Shown here: positions 1 through 9,649 of the stretch, in pieces
Position numbering within the stretch: the first letter of the stretch is position 1
Layout of the letters: every line of letters begins with the position of its first letter
From: an uncultured delta proteobacterium
Lineage (GTDB): Bacteria > Desulfobacterota > Binatia > Binatales > Binataceae
Reading direction: 5' to 3'
Length of the DNA: 64,000 nucleotides
Assembly: GCA_963842085.1 (NCBI GenBank)
Contig: CAWJET010000002.1
Coordinates: 416,001-480,000 of the forward strand
Notes under the pieces: generated by a model
What the model saw: the letters and a program-made list of their open reading frames with translations, nothing else
Told to the model about the DNA's origin: nothing
Database searches by the model: none
Program-made: the position numbers and the translations under genes

Positions 1-204
1 CTTTCGGACGTTCACTGAGTCGATACGCAGCATAGGTGATGAGGCCCGTGGTGCGATCGGCTACACCTCTTGGCGGTGTTTAAGTCTCTGTCGCGTGAAA
101 TTGGATGGCCCATTGCTTGCTGCAAGAAGACGTGAAGATCGAAACAGGCTATGTTCGGGAGTGGCTGGACGAATAATGCGAGACGAAATCGGAGAGTGGG
201 GAAG

Positions 205-789
205 ATGATTCGCGAACTAAATTCCTACCATGCGGAAGGCCGTGAAAGCCTTCGAGAAATGCTGACCCGGCTCCAGAAGGAAACCTATCAGAGAATAGAA
301 GAGCTCCGACGAGATCAGCAGCAGGAGGCCGATTCAGAGCCGGCCGACGTGGAGGATTCGGCGCGTACAAGCGAAGAGATCGAAACTCATGCAGGACTAA
401 TCGCGCGCGCGGAAGAGAAACTCAGGTACCTCGATGAAGCGGTCACACGCCTTGATGCCGGCAAGTACGGCCGATGCCTCAAATGCAAAGACCTGATTCC
501 GATCGAGCGTCTGATGGCGATTCCCTTCGCATCGTACTGTGTCGACTGCCAGCAACAACTCCATCGCGCGAGGGGCGGCTGGGGCGAAGGAACGACGATT
601 GCGCCGTTCGATCAGCAATGGACCCTGCCTGAAGAAATGGAGGCCCCGACGGAACGCCAATATCAGACCACCGATCCCGAAGAACAGTTGACGATTTCTG
701 CGCGTGAACCACTCGCATCGGGCGAGCCTGAGAACCAGGCGAAGCGCAAGTCGTCGCGGAATAAGCGGACCCCCGAGCGCAAGAGATAG
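205..789 (+). CDS. TraR/DksA family C4-type zinc-finger regulator with C-terminal extension
   Basis: Coiled-coil with DxxDxA (DVEDSA), then YGRCLKCKDLIPIERLMAIPFASYCVDCQ. Start at 205 preferred (SD-like GGAG/GGGG upstream); the ORF track starts at 151. Confidence 0.85.
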   Translation: MIRELNSYHAEGRESLREMLTRLQKETYQRIEELRRDQQQEADSEPADVEDSARTSEEIETHAGLIARAEEKLRYLDEAVTRLDAGKYGRCLKCKDLIPIERLMAIPFASYCVDCQQQLHRARGGWGEGTTIAPFDQQWTLPEEMEAPTERQYQTTDPEEQLTISAREPLASGEPENQAKRKSSRNKRTPERKR

Positions 790-898
790 GCCCAGCATTT
801 CATCCCGATGATGGAAGTGGGGGCGAGGGCGTTCTGTTGCTGTCGCTATTTCACTCTAGTGTTGCTCAGCGGAGCCGCACGTCGCGGGCCTGATATTC

Positions 899-970
899 TG
901 CCCCGGCCGGGAATCGAACCCGGACCTGAGGTTCCGGAGACCTCCGTGATGTCCTTTTCACTACCGGGGC
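899..970 (-). tRNA. tRNA-Arg(CCG)
   Basis: Reverse complement GCCCCGG...CCGGGGCA acceptor stem, anticodon arm GAGGT-CTCCGGA-ACCTC, T-arm GGTTCGATTCC, A20 in D-loop. CCA not encoded. Confidence 0.95.
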
Positions 971-1068
971 GACGGATGCGGCAAAAGACAGAACTATATG
1001 AGCAACAGGCGGCGGACAAGGCGAGCGATCGTTGATCGCTGCGTCGCGCACGCGCCAACATTGTCGCG

Positions 1069-1869
1069 ATGACCGCGAGCGATATTTCCGATTCCGCGCG
1101 GCTTCTGCGCGAGCAATACAAGGACGGCTCCAACCTCTCGGCTCGCATCCGGCTCCATCAGCGCTTCAGCACCAATCGCTACGGGCTGATGCGCTGGATG
1201 TTCGATCGGGTTCGGCTTCCTGAAAACGCGAATGTGCTCGAGCTCGGCTGCGGCACCGGCATATTGTGGCGCAGCTCGGTGCAGGTTCCCGACGGCTGGC
1301 GCGTGAATTTGACCGATATGTCGGGCGGGATGCTGCGCGAAACGCGCGCCAATCTCGCGCGGCTGGGCCGTTCGTTCGCCTACATGCAGGCCGACGCGCA
1401 GGCGCTACCGTTTCGCGACGAATCGTTCGACGCGGTGATCGCGAATCACATGCTCTATCACGTGCGCGATATTCCGGCCGCGCTGGCCGAAGCTCGGCGC
1501 GTGCTAAAGCCCGGGGGTTTCTGCTACGCGGCGACGATGGGACACGCGAACATGCGCGAGCTGGACGATCTCGCGGCGCGCCTTTTCTCGCTCCCGCGAT
1601 TGACGGAATCGGCTGCGCGGTTTGGCCTCGAGAGTGGCGAGGTCTACATGCGCCGCACCTTCAGCGAGGTCAAGCTCGAACGCTACCCCGATTCGCTGGT
1701 CGTAACCGAAGCCGTGCCGCTGATGGACTACATCTGCTCGATGCGCGTGCGGAGCCGCGTCACCGACGAACAGATTGCGGCACTGCGCACGCACATCGAA
1801 AACGAAATCGCGGCGCGCGGCGAACTTCGAATCACCAAGGATTCGGGGATGTTCATCGCGCGGCGCTAG
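1069..1869 (+). CDS. Class I SAM-dependent methyltransferase
   Basis: VLELGCGTG motif I, ADAQALPF, FDAVIANHMLYHV, RVLKPGG. Confidence 0.9.
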   Translation: MTASDISDSARLLREQYKDGSNLSARIRLHQRFSTNRYGLMRWMFDRVRLPENANVLELGCGTGILWRSSVQVPDGWRVNLTDMSGGMLRETRANLARLGRSFAYMQADAQALPFRDESFDAVIANHMLYHVRDIPAALAEARRVLKPGGFCYAATMGHANMRELDDLAARLFSLPRLTESAARFGLESGEVYMRRTFSEVKLERYPDSLVVTEAVPLMDYICSMRVRSRVTDEQIAALRTHIENEIAARGELRITKDSGMFIARR

Positions 1870-2727
1870 TCAGTACAGAATCGACGGGATGAACGGGAAG
1901 CGCGGTTCGTTGTAGAGGCCGACGGTCATCAGCGTCATCTGCTGCATCAGGCGCAGGCCTTTACCGTAGCACCATCGCAGCAAGTCACCGTTGCGCGACG
2001 GGATCAGGGGGCCGCAGCCGAGAAATTCCGGCGCCGCCGAAATCAGCGCTTTGAGTTCTTCATTCGATTCGCCGACCGCATGGCCTGCGTATCCGATCGC
2101 GGTCGCATAGCCGGTGATGCGGCCGAGATGCTCGACGACGTTCGCCGTCCGAGCCGCGATGCCGTCGCGCAATTCGCGGCCGCGATCGTGTCCATGCACC
2201 GCGAAGTGGAGCCGGTTACATGCGGCGAGATCGGCGTCGGTGGCGGCGCGAACCTTGTAGCCGGGGATCGATTCGTTGATCGGCGGCCCGACCATCACAG
2301 ACAGCGGCTCGCGGATTTCGAAGCCGAGCTTGGCGTAGAGGCTGAAGGATCGATTGTGATAGGCCGACTGCACCAGCCGGATGCCGGGGTACCGATTGGC
2401 GGCGGCGCGATCGAGCAGGTGCTGCATCATTACGCGGCCGGCGCCGCTGTTCTGCACGTCGGGATCGACGCTAATCGGACCGACGCCGGTGATCGGCGCG
2501 CGCTCATCGAGGAAGTTGCTGCCGGCGATGCGTCCGTTGAGCTCGGTGACGATTCCATAGAAGCCGGGGTTGGAAATCATGCCGCCGATCATGCCGGTGG
2601 CGGCGGCGACGTCGGGAAACTCGTGCGGGAAGTTGTACTGGTCGGCGACGGCGCAGAACGCGCGGTGGCAAATCTCGCCGCAGATCTCGATATCTTCGCG
2701 ATTGGCGCGTCGAATCTGTACGTCCAT
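1870..2727 (-). CDS. GNAT family N-acetyltransferase (tandem-type)
   Basis: VDPDVQNSGAGR acetyl-CoA motif A, SLYAKLGF motif. Confidence 0.8.
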   Translation of the reverse strand: MDVQIRRANREDIEICGEICHRAFCAVADQYNFPHEFPDVAAATGMIGGMISNPGFYGIVTELNGRIAGSNFLDERAPITGVGPISVDPDVQNSGAGRVMMQHLLDRAAANRYPGIRLVQSAYHNRSFSLYAKLGFEIREPLSVMVGPPINESIPGYKVRAATDADLAACNRLHFAVHGHDRGRELRDGIAARTANVVEHLGRITGYATAIGYAGHAVGESNEELKALISAAPEFLGCGPLIPSRNGDLLRWCYGKGLRLMQQMTLMTVGLYNEPRFPFIPSILY

Positions 2728-2757
2728 TGGGCATCCTCCCAGAATCGAGTTGGACTT

Positions 2758-3591
2758 CTATGCGGAGGCCTTGGTCTCGCGCAACATCTCGGCGTGGCGG
2801 CGGTCGGCCTCGGGCCGGGTCTGTGCGATCGTTTCGACCAGCTCGTTGTGGAGCCGCCCGTTGGTCGCCACGATATTCGCGCCGCCAAGGTCGAGCTCGG
2901 AGCCGTCCATGTTGGACGCGCGCCCGCGTGCTTCCTCGACGATCAATGCGCCCGCCGCCACGTCCCAGGGGCGAAGCCCGAATTCCCAGAATCCGTCGGT
3001 GCGGCCGGCTGCGACGTAGGCGAGGTCGAGCGCGGCTGACCCTGTTCGCCGCACGCCTTGTGAGCGCATCACGAGCTCTTCCCAAAAGCACAGGTAGAAG
3101 CGCCGGCGCTCGCGCCGGTCGTACGCGAATCCGGTGCAGAGCAGGGCGGAGCAGAGGTTCGGTGTCGCGCTCACGTGAATCGGCTTGCCGTTGAGGCGCG
3201 CGCCCTGTCCGCGATGGGCGATGAACGTTTCTTTTTTGAGCGCGTCGAAGACCACGCCGAACTGCACGCGGCCGCGCCGCTCGTACGCGATCGACACACA
3301 GAATTGCGGATAGCCGTGCGCGAAGTTGGTGGTGCCGTCGAGCGGGTCGATGATCCATCGATGGTCGCTTTGATGCACGCTGGCGCCGCTTTCCTCGGCA
3401 AGGATCGCGTGGGTCGGAAATGCGCGATGGATCACTTCGATGATCGCCGCTTCCGATTCGCGGTCGGCTTCGGTCACGAGATCGATCGAGTTCGACTTGC
3501 GGTTGATGGTTATGCGGCTGAGCCGTTTGAGATGGATTCTGCCGGCGGCACGCGCAGCGCGGAGCGCAACCTGTTCGATTTCATTGATCAC
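2758..3591 (-). CDS. suhB: Inositol monophosphatase family protein
   Basis: DLVTEAD, ILAEE, WIIDPLDGTTNF, GSAALDL, WDVAAG signatures. Confidence 0.92.
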   Translation of the reverse strand: MINEIEQVALRAARAAGRIHLKRLSRITINRKSNSIDLVTEADRESEAAIIEVIHRAFPTHAILAEESGASVHQSDHRWIIDPLDGTTNFAHGYPQFCVSIAYERRGRVQFGVVFDALKKETFIAHRGQGARLNGKPIHVSATPNLCSALLCTGFAYDRRERRRFYLCFWEELVMRSQGVRRTGSAALDLAYVAAGRTDGFWEFGLRPWDVAAGALIVEEARGRASNMDGSELDLGGANIVATNGRLHNELVETIAQTRPEADRRHAEMLRETKASA

Positions 3592-3682
3592 GATTCAGGA
3601 AACTATTACTCGGGGGGAGAGTCGTCCAGCGCCGAGCGCAGATCAATCGACAATCGACGCGGCTCGACCCCATCTCGCCGTC

Positions 3683-4861
3683 TTACCAGCGCGGCGTCTC
3701 GGCCAGGCCGATGCCGAGCGCGACCTTGCCGAGCAGCTCGCGTGCGCGCGCGTTGGACAGGGGATGATTGGGGCCGGCGCGGACGTCGCGGTAGTAGCGC
3801 TCCATCGGAAATTTTTTCAGCATCCCGTGCGCGCCGACCACCTCCATGCAGTAATCGACCGCGCGGATCGCGTTGTTGGTCGCGACATATTTCGGCATCA
3901 CGACGCGCGCCAGTCCCGCTTCGCCCTTGAATGAATCGCGTTCGCGAAGGTAGTCGCGGGCGACGCCCAGATAGAGCGCGCGCGATTGCGCGATCAGTGC
4001 TTCGGCCTCGGCGATGGCGAATTGAATGCCGGGAAGATATTTGATCGTGCGCGGCTGCGTGAGCGGTTTCAGGCGGCCGGCAAACTCCTTGGCGAACTTC
4101 AGCGCCGCGATCGCCACGCCGGTGTAGGTCGCGGCGACGGAAATGCCGAACCATGCGAACAGCGAAATCGCCTGGTCGTTGACCGGGCCGATAGGCCGCG
4201 ACTCGGCCATCGCGATCGCCGGCACGCGGACGTCTTTGATCACCAGGTCGTGGCTGGCAGTCGCCCGCATCCCCATCGCGTCCCAGGTCTCGACCAGCTC
4301 GAAGCCGGGAGTGCCGCGCGGCACGACGAAGGTGGCCGAGGCGGGCGGATTCGAGCCCTCGATCGTCGCCATCACCATGAACAGATCGATCACGGGCGAG
4401 AGGCTGGTGAAGGTTTTGCGGCCGTTGAGAACGTAGGTCTCGCCGTCGCGGCGCGCGCGGGTCGCAAAGTAGCCCCAATCGCCGCCGGTCTCGGGTTCGC
4501 TGATGCCGCCGCCGAGGATTTGGTGGCCGCGCCCGATTACGTCGAAGAACAATTCCTCCTGCGGGCGGCCGGTGGCGCGCTCGACCATGCTGCCGATGCC
4601 GAACAGGTGCATGTTGATTGCGATCGTGGTCGCGGCGCAGCCCTGCGCGAGCTGCTCCTGGCAGAGCGCAAAATCCTCGAGGTCGGCGCCGAGCCCGCCG
4701 AATCTTTCGGGAACGACGAGCGCGGTGTATCCAGCCGCCTTCATTTTGTCGACGTTTTCGACCGGGAATGAATTGGCGCGGTCGTGTTCGCCGGCGCGCG
4801 TGGCAAAGTCGGCTGCCAGCTCCGCCGCGAGCGGCACAAGTTTATTGCTTCGATCAGACAT
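3683..4861 (-). CDS. Acyl-CoA dehydrogenase family flavoprotein
   Basis: ISEPETG, LNGRKTFTS, WDAMGMRATASHD, MERYYRDVR. Confidence 0.9.
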   Translation of the reverse strand: MSDRSNKLVPLAAELAADFATRAGEHDRANSFPVENVDKMKAAGYTALVVPERFGGLGADLEDFALCQEQLAQGCAATTIAINMHLFGIGSMVERATGRPQEELFFDVIGRGHQILGGGISEPETGGDWGYFATRARRDGETYVLNGRKTFTSLSPVIDLFMVMATIEGSNPPASATFVVPRGTPGFELVETWDAMGMRATASHDLVIKDVRVPAIAMAESRPIGPVNDQAISLFAWFGISVAATYTGVAIAALKFAKEFAGRLKPLTQPRTIKYLPGIQFAIAEAEALIAQSRALYLGVARDYLRERDSFKGEAGLARVVMPKYVATNNAIRAVDYCMEVVGAHGMLKKFPMERYYRDVRAGPNHPLSNARARELLGKVALGIGLAETPRW

Positions 4862-4937
4862 CAGATGGACTCCGCATCGAAAATTGCACGGGCAAACAGT
4901 GCCATGAAAGAGGCGCGCGAAGAAACCAGCGAAAAGA

Positions 4938-6356
4938 CTACTTGCCGGCCGGAGTATCGGCGGGAGCGTCAGCCGACACGGGGGTTGGTTGCGCCATCAT
5001 GAGGCGCTGTGCGTACGGCATGATCGTCGTGAAGAGATCGACCTGCGAGTCGAGCGATTTGCCGAGTCCGCTCAGCAGGCCCATCATGCGGCCGACCAAC
5101 AGCACGTCGGCGGGAACTTCGACCACGGGGTTGGCGCGAATCGCGCGCGGAAGCTCTTCCGAGAACTGCTCGACCAGGTCCTTGTCGGCGTAAGCCTTCT
5201 TCGACTTGAGCGTGCTGCCGAGGAACAAGTCGGAGAGCGCCAGCAGTGTGTCGGGATTGCCGTTGCGGGTGCGAAAGCCCAGCTCTTTGAACGCGGCGAT
5301 GATGCCGTCGCGATTAGAACTAAGGATCGAAAACGTCAGCCGCACGATGCCGTCGCGGAACGTGGGCGGGAAATCCTTGGCCAGGCCGAAATCGAGCAGC
5401 ACGATTTTGGGGCCGGGCTGAACGAGGATGTTGCCGGGATGGGGATCGGCGTGGAAAAACCCGTCGCGCAGGACCTGGTCGCAGAAAATCTCGATCAGCT
5501 TCTGCGCGACGGCGTGTTTGTTGATGCCTGCCCGCTCGAGCGCGTCGATGTCGGTGACCTTGATCCCCTCGAGCAGTTCCATCGTAAGCACGCGCCGCGT
5601 GGTGAACTCGCGATAGACCTCAGGAACGATCACGGCGGGATCCGTGGCGAAGTTGCGACGCATCGTGGCGGAGTTGTCGGCCTCGTGAATGAAATCCAAC
5701 TCCATCGGGATGTACTTGAGCGCCTCACGCATCAGGATCCGATAGTCGAGGTCGCGCTCGAGCTTCGCGAGCCAGTAGAGCACCAGGGTCAAGTTGCGCA
5801 GATCGGCGCGCACGATGCCGTCGATTCCGGGGTACTGCACCTTCACCGCGCATCGACGGCCGTCGTGCAGGCGCGCCCGATGCACCTGCGCGAGCGATGC
5901 CGACGCCAGCGGCGCGGCGTCGAACTCGGCGTAAACGGCCTCGAGCGGGCGGCGGAGTTCGCGCTCGATCTGTTCGCGGATCATCGCAAAGGGCCGCGGC
6001 GGGACGCGATCGTGCAAGCCGGACAGCGTCGATACCCACTCATCGGGAAGCACGTCGGCGCGAGTCGCGATAAACTGGCATGCCTTGATCAGCAAACCTT
6101 CGAGCCGGATCGCAGTGCGGTTGAGGGCTTGCGCGGCGCGAAGATCCTGGCGGCGATAGAGCTCGGCTTTGTCGAGATCGCTAATGTAGCGCGTCCAGAG
6201 TTGGGTGCTTTTGTAGCCCGCGTACACGTACACCGCGAGCCAAACCACGTTCGAAAAACGCCACGCGCGGGTGGCGAGTCCAGGCTCGGGTACGTCGGCG
6301 GGAAAATCGAAGCTGCGGTCGAGGCTCAGGTTGCTCATGCGAAGAGTTCGTATCAT
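4938..6356 (-). CDS. ABC1/AarF/UbiB family atypical kinase
   Basis: ASASLAQVH, AVKVQYPGI, ELDFIHEA, FFHADPHPGN, LDFG. Start could be 6338. Confidence 0.92.
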   Translation of the reverse strand: MIRTLRMSNLSLDRSFDFPADVPEPGLATRAWRFSNVVWLAVYVYAGYKSTQLWTRYISDLDKAELYRRQDLRAAQALNRTAIRLEGLLIKACQFIATRADVLPDEWVSTLSGLHDRVPPRPFAMIREQIERELRRPLEAVYAEFDAAPLASASLAQVHRARLHDGRRCAVKVQYPGIDGIVRADLRNLTLVLYWLAKLERDLDYRILMREALKYIPMELDFIHEADNSATMRRNFATDPAVIVPEVYREFTTRRVLTMELLEGIKVTDIDALERAGINKHAVAQKLIEIFCDQVLRDGFFHADPHPGNILVQPGPKIVLLDFGLAKDFPPTFRDGIVRLTFSILSSNRDGIIAAFKELGFRTRNGNPDTLLALSDLFLGSTLKSKKAYADKDLVEQFSEELPRAIRANPVVEVPADVLLVGRMMGLLSGLGKSLDSQVDLFTTIMPYAQRLMMAQPTPVSADAPADTPAGK

Positions 6357-6421
6357 TAAATGCTACGTTATACGTGCGACTCTGAGAACCAGACGGCCTG
6401 TTTTAGCCTCAGTGAAGGCGC

Positions 6422-6451
6422 TTGACTAATCGCCGGTCGGTCGACTAATCT
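6422..6451 (+). promoter_or_regulatory. Putative sigma70 promoter
   Basis: TTGACT (6422-6427), 18-nt spacer, TAATCT (6446-6451). Confidence 0.5.
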
Positions 6452-6457
6452 AACGCC

Positions 6458-6582
6458 ATGAAGCCGAGTTGTAATGTACGTCGAGTCCCCAATTCAATGA
6501 AGGTCCTCCTGAATTGAGACGGACATTGATACTTGGCTCTAAAAAGCCCCGGGCGCTTGCGAGCCCCGGGGCTTTTGCTTTT
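6458..6582 (+). ncRNA. Candidate structured small RNA or attenuator leader
   Basis: Long irregular hairpin 6462-6538 (pairs 6462-6469/6531-6538, 6473-6482/6518-6527, 6490-6496/6510-6516) between a promoter and a terminator. Not recognised as a known family. Confidence 0.5.
6542..6582 (+). terminator. Intrinsic terminator, possibly bidirectional
   Basis: AAAAGCCCCGGG / CCCGGGGCTTTT perfect 12-bp stem followed by GCTTTT. Confidence 0.8.
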
Positions 6583-6611
6583 CGCGCAGCAGACTGGGTG
6601 GGGAAATTTCG

Positions 6612-7865
6612 GTGGATATCGCACGGCCGCATGCTCCGACGATTCGCGACATCACTCGCCGGTACTACACGGTGTGGGGACTGTACTCGTTCGCCGGCGG
6701 ATTTCTGTTCGGCGTCTATCCTATCTTCCTGCGCTCGCGCGGGCTCGACCAGTTTCAGATAAACAGCGTACTGGCGACGTACTTCGTCGTGCTGTTTCTG
6801 ACCGACGTGCCCACCGGTGCGTTCGCCGACCTGCTCGGCCGGCGCCGCTCCTACGTGCTGGGCGCGGCGCTGCGGGTCTGCGCGTTCATCCTGTATTTCG
6901 TGGCGCATCATTATTACGTGTTCCTGATCGCCGAGAGCATCGACGGTATCGGCACGACCTTCGGCAATGGCGCGATTGACGCGTGGGGCGTCGACGCGCT
7001 CGACGACGCCGGCTACGACGGGCTCAAGGACCGGCTGTTCTCGCGCATCTCGCAACTGACGACGATTGGCTTTATGGGCTCGGCGATGATCGGCGCGTAC
7101 GTGGCCGACGTCAACATCGCATGGCCGTGGCTGCTCGGCGCAGGCGGCTACGTCGTCGCCGGCACGGTCGGCGCGTCGCTGATGCACGACGAGCGCGCGC
7201 GCACCACGACAGTAGGAATCGCGACGATTCCGCGCAAAGTCGCAGCGCACGTCGGCAATGGCATCCGCGCCGGACTGGCCGCGTATACCGTCCTCATGCT
7301 GAGTGTCGCGAACGCGATCACCGTTGCCGCATGGGCGCCGTACTGGATCTCATGGCCGATAATGTTCAACGAGAGCCTGGCGGTCGGCGTGTGGATTATC
7401 GGATGGATCTATTGCGGGCTGTCTGCCGCGCGACTGGTCGGTGCGGAGATAAGCGCCCGTCTTCAGGGCGACGAAACGCAGCGCGCCGCGCGCGTGAGCA
7501 TGCTGGTTATCGGCGCGAGCGCGATGCTGTTCCTGGCGGGGTTGTTCGGGGGGCGGCCGGTGGTCTCGCTCGCGATGCTGTTCGTGATGAACCTGTTCAC
7601 GGGCGCGATGATGCCGCTGGTGCAGAGCTGGTTCAACGAGCAGATCGAATCCGGCAATCGCGCGACGCTGCTGTCGTTCAACTCGACGTTCCAGACGATG
7701 GGCGGTGCGGTCGGCCTGCTGTTTGCCGGACGAATCGTGGACACCGCGGGCATCCCGTTCGAATGGCAAATCGCGGGGCTGATCTCGGTGTGCGCGGCGC
7801 CGGTCTATTGGGCGACGCGTCGGCGCGAGAGCGCGGAAGTCGCGCTGGCAGGTTCCGCGAAGTAA
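6612..7865 (+). CDS. MFS transporter
   Basis: About 12 hydrophobic segments, motif A-like GAFADLLGRRR. Confidence 0.9.
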   Translation: MDIARPHAPTIRDITRRYYTVWGLYSFAGGFLFGVYPIFLRSRGLDQFQINSVLATYFVVLFLTDVPTGAFADLLGRRRSYVLGAALRVCAFILYFVAHHYYVFLIAESIDGIGTTFGNGAIDAWGVDALDDAGYDGLKDRLFSRISQLTTIGFMGSAMIGAYVADVNIAWPWLLGAGGYVVAGTVGASLMHDERARTTTVGIATIPRKVAAHVGNGIRAGLAAYTVLMLSVANAITVAAWAPYWISWPIMFNESLAVGVWIIGWIYCGLSAARLVGAEISARLQGDETQRAARVSMLVIGASAMLFLAGLFGGRPVVSLAMLFVMNLFTGAMMPLVQSWFNEQIESGNRATLLSFNSTFQTMGGAVGLLFAGRIVDTAGIPFEWQIAGLISVCAAPVYWATRRRESAEVALAGSAK

Positions 7866-7898
7866 CCGGTCGAGCCGTGAAGCGGAGGCAACTCGACT

Positions 7899-9215
7899 AT
7901 GGGTAGAAGAAGGTTTTATCTGGCAACCGTCGCGGTTGTCTTCATCGCTTCGGTGACTGCTGGAGCCGACACGCCGCCGAAAGCTGGCGACACCGTCACT
8001 GCACTGCATTGCGGGCACCTTATCGATACTCAGGCCGGCAAGCTCCTTGGTGAGACGACTGTCGTGGTCGAGGACAAGCGCATCCGCGATGTGGTTTCGG
8101 GGCACCAGGTGCCGGCCGGCGCTGCGGAAATCGACCTGGCCGCACAAACCTGCATGCCGGGACTAATCGACAGCCATACGCATCTAACGTTCGAAACGAG
8201 CCCGACCTTCTATACCGACGAGTTCCGTTGGAACACCGCCGACTTTGCGATCCGCTCGACGGTGTACGCGCAACGCACCCTGCTGGCCGGCTTCACGACG
8301 GTGCGCAATGTCGGTGATGGAAACAACGAGTCGATCGCGCTGCGCAACGCGATCAATGCTGGCGTCGTGCCGGGACCGCGAATCTTTACCGCGGGCATGA
8401 TGATCGGCTCGACCGGTGGCCACGCCGATCCAACTGACGGTTATCGCGCAGACCTCGCCGGAGACCCTGGTTCCAAAGACGGCATCATCAACAGCCCAGC
8501 GGATGCCTGGAAGGCGGTACGCCAGCACTATAAGGACGGCGTAGACCTCATCAAGATTATGCCCTCCGGCGGAGTACTGGACGAAAGTAGCAGTGTCGAC
8601 AACCCACAGCTCACCCTCGAGGAGATCACGGCTGTGGTTGCCGCCGCGCACGACTACGGTTTCACGGTGGCCGCGCACGCACATGGCGCCGAAGCCATCC
8701 GCCGAGCGGTTCTCGGCGGCGTCGATTCGATCGAACACGGCACCTTTATGAACGACGCGGACATAGCACTGATGAAGAAGCACGGCACCTGGTACGTTCC
8801 GACTATAATCGCCGGCGAATTCGTCACGGAAAAGGCCAAAGTGCCTGGCTATTATCCGCCAGAAGTCGCCGCAAAGGCTGCGACGGTGGGTCCTATCATT
8901 CAAGCTACGGCAGGCAAGGCCTACAAGGCCGGCGTGAAGATCGCCTTCGGCACCGACGCTTCTGTGTATCCACACGGCGAGAACGCGAAAGAGTTCGGCT
9001 ACATGGTCAAAGTCGGTATGCCGCCGATGTACGCTATCCAGGCCGCGACTATGCACGCAGCTGAGTTGCTCAAGCACGACAAGGATCTCGGCAGCGTCAC
9101 GGCGGGCAAGTTCGCCAATGTCGTCGCGGTGCCGGGGAACCCGCTCGACGACATCACTCTGATGACCAAGGTGAGTTTTGTGATGAAGGAAGGTGTCGTC
9201 TACAAACGGCCATAA
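7899..9215 (+). CDS. Secreted metal-dependent amidohydrolase (Xaa-Pro dipeptidase-like)
   Basis: Signal peptide, PGLIDSHTH, DLIKIM, AAHAHG, SIEHG, FGTD. Confidence 0.9.
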   Translation: MGRRRFYLATVAVVFIASVTAGADTPPKAGDTVTALHCGHLIDTQAGKLLGETTVVVEDKRIRDVVSGHQVPAGAAEIDLAAQTCMPGLIDSHTHLTFETSPTFYTDEFRWNTADFAIRSTVYAQRTLLAGFTTVRNVGDGNNESIALRNAINAGVVPGPRIFTAGMMIGSTGGHADPTDGYRADLAGDPGSKDGIINSPADAWKAVRQHYKDGVDLIKIMPSGGVLDESSSVDNPQLTLEEITAVVAAAHDYGFTVAAHAHGAEAIRRAVLGGVDSIEHGTFMNDADIALMKKHGTWYVPTIIAGEFVTEKAKVPGYYPPEVAAKAATVGPIIQATAGKAYKAGVKIAFGTDASVYPHGENAKEFGYMVKVGMPPMYAIQAATMHAAELLKHDKDLGSVTAGKFANVVAVPGNPLDDITLMTKVSFVMKEGVVYKRP

Positions 9216-9311
9216 CTGCACTCCGGCGCGAAGGCCGCGGACGTCGCGCTGGCAGGCACCGCGAAGTGAGGTGCTCATCGCGACCGGCGCGAGCGACGCG
9301 CGGGACTCGTC

Positions 9312-9545
9312 TGTCATCCTGACGATGCGAGCAACGCGAGCTGAGGAAGGACCTCGGACAGCGGCGCATACGCGCCGCCGGTCCCGGTTCAGCAATCGCG
9401 AAGCGCTCCTTTGGCTTTTTCCGTCGCGAAAGCGTTCAGCATTCTTATTGGATGCAGCGAGTCAAAACCGGTACCGGCTTCGCTGGCGCGAAGCTGTCCG
9501 AGATCCTTCCCTGCGCTCCCGTTGCTAGCTTCGGTCAGGATGACA
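9312..9545. repeat. REP/MITE-like element with about 50-bp imperfect terminal inverted repeats (TGTCATCCTGA type)
   Basis: 9312-9362 tgtcatcctgac...gaaggacctcggacagc is the approximate reverse complement of 9493-9545 gctgtccgagatccttc...gtcaggatgaca. Confidence 0.8.
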
Positions 9546-9649
9546 AATAATCCAATGCTGACCGCCTACTAGCGGCGTGGGCGGGGGTCCGTTAAAACTT
9601 ATAGCTCGCGCAATTGGCGGACGCGTATCGTCGCCAGCGCAAGAGCAAA

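Noticed and set aside
6458-6582. SRP RNA or 6S RNA
   Set aside because: No SRP domain IV motif (CAGG..GGAA..AGCAG), and too short for 6S with no large central bubble. Kept as an unknown RNA.
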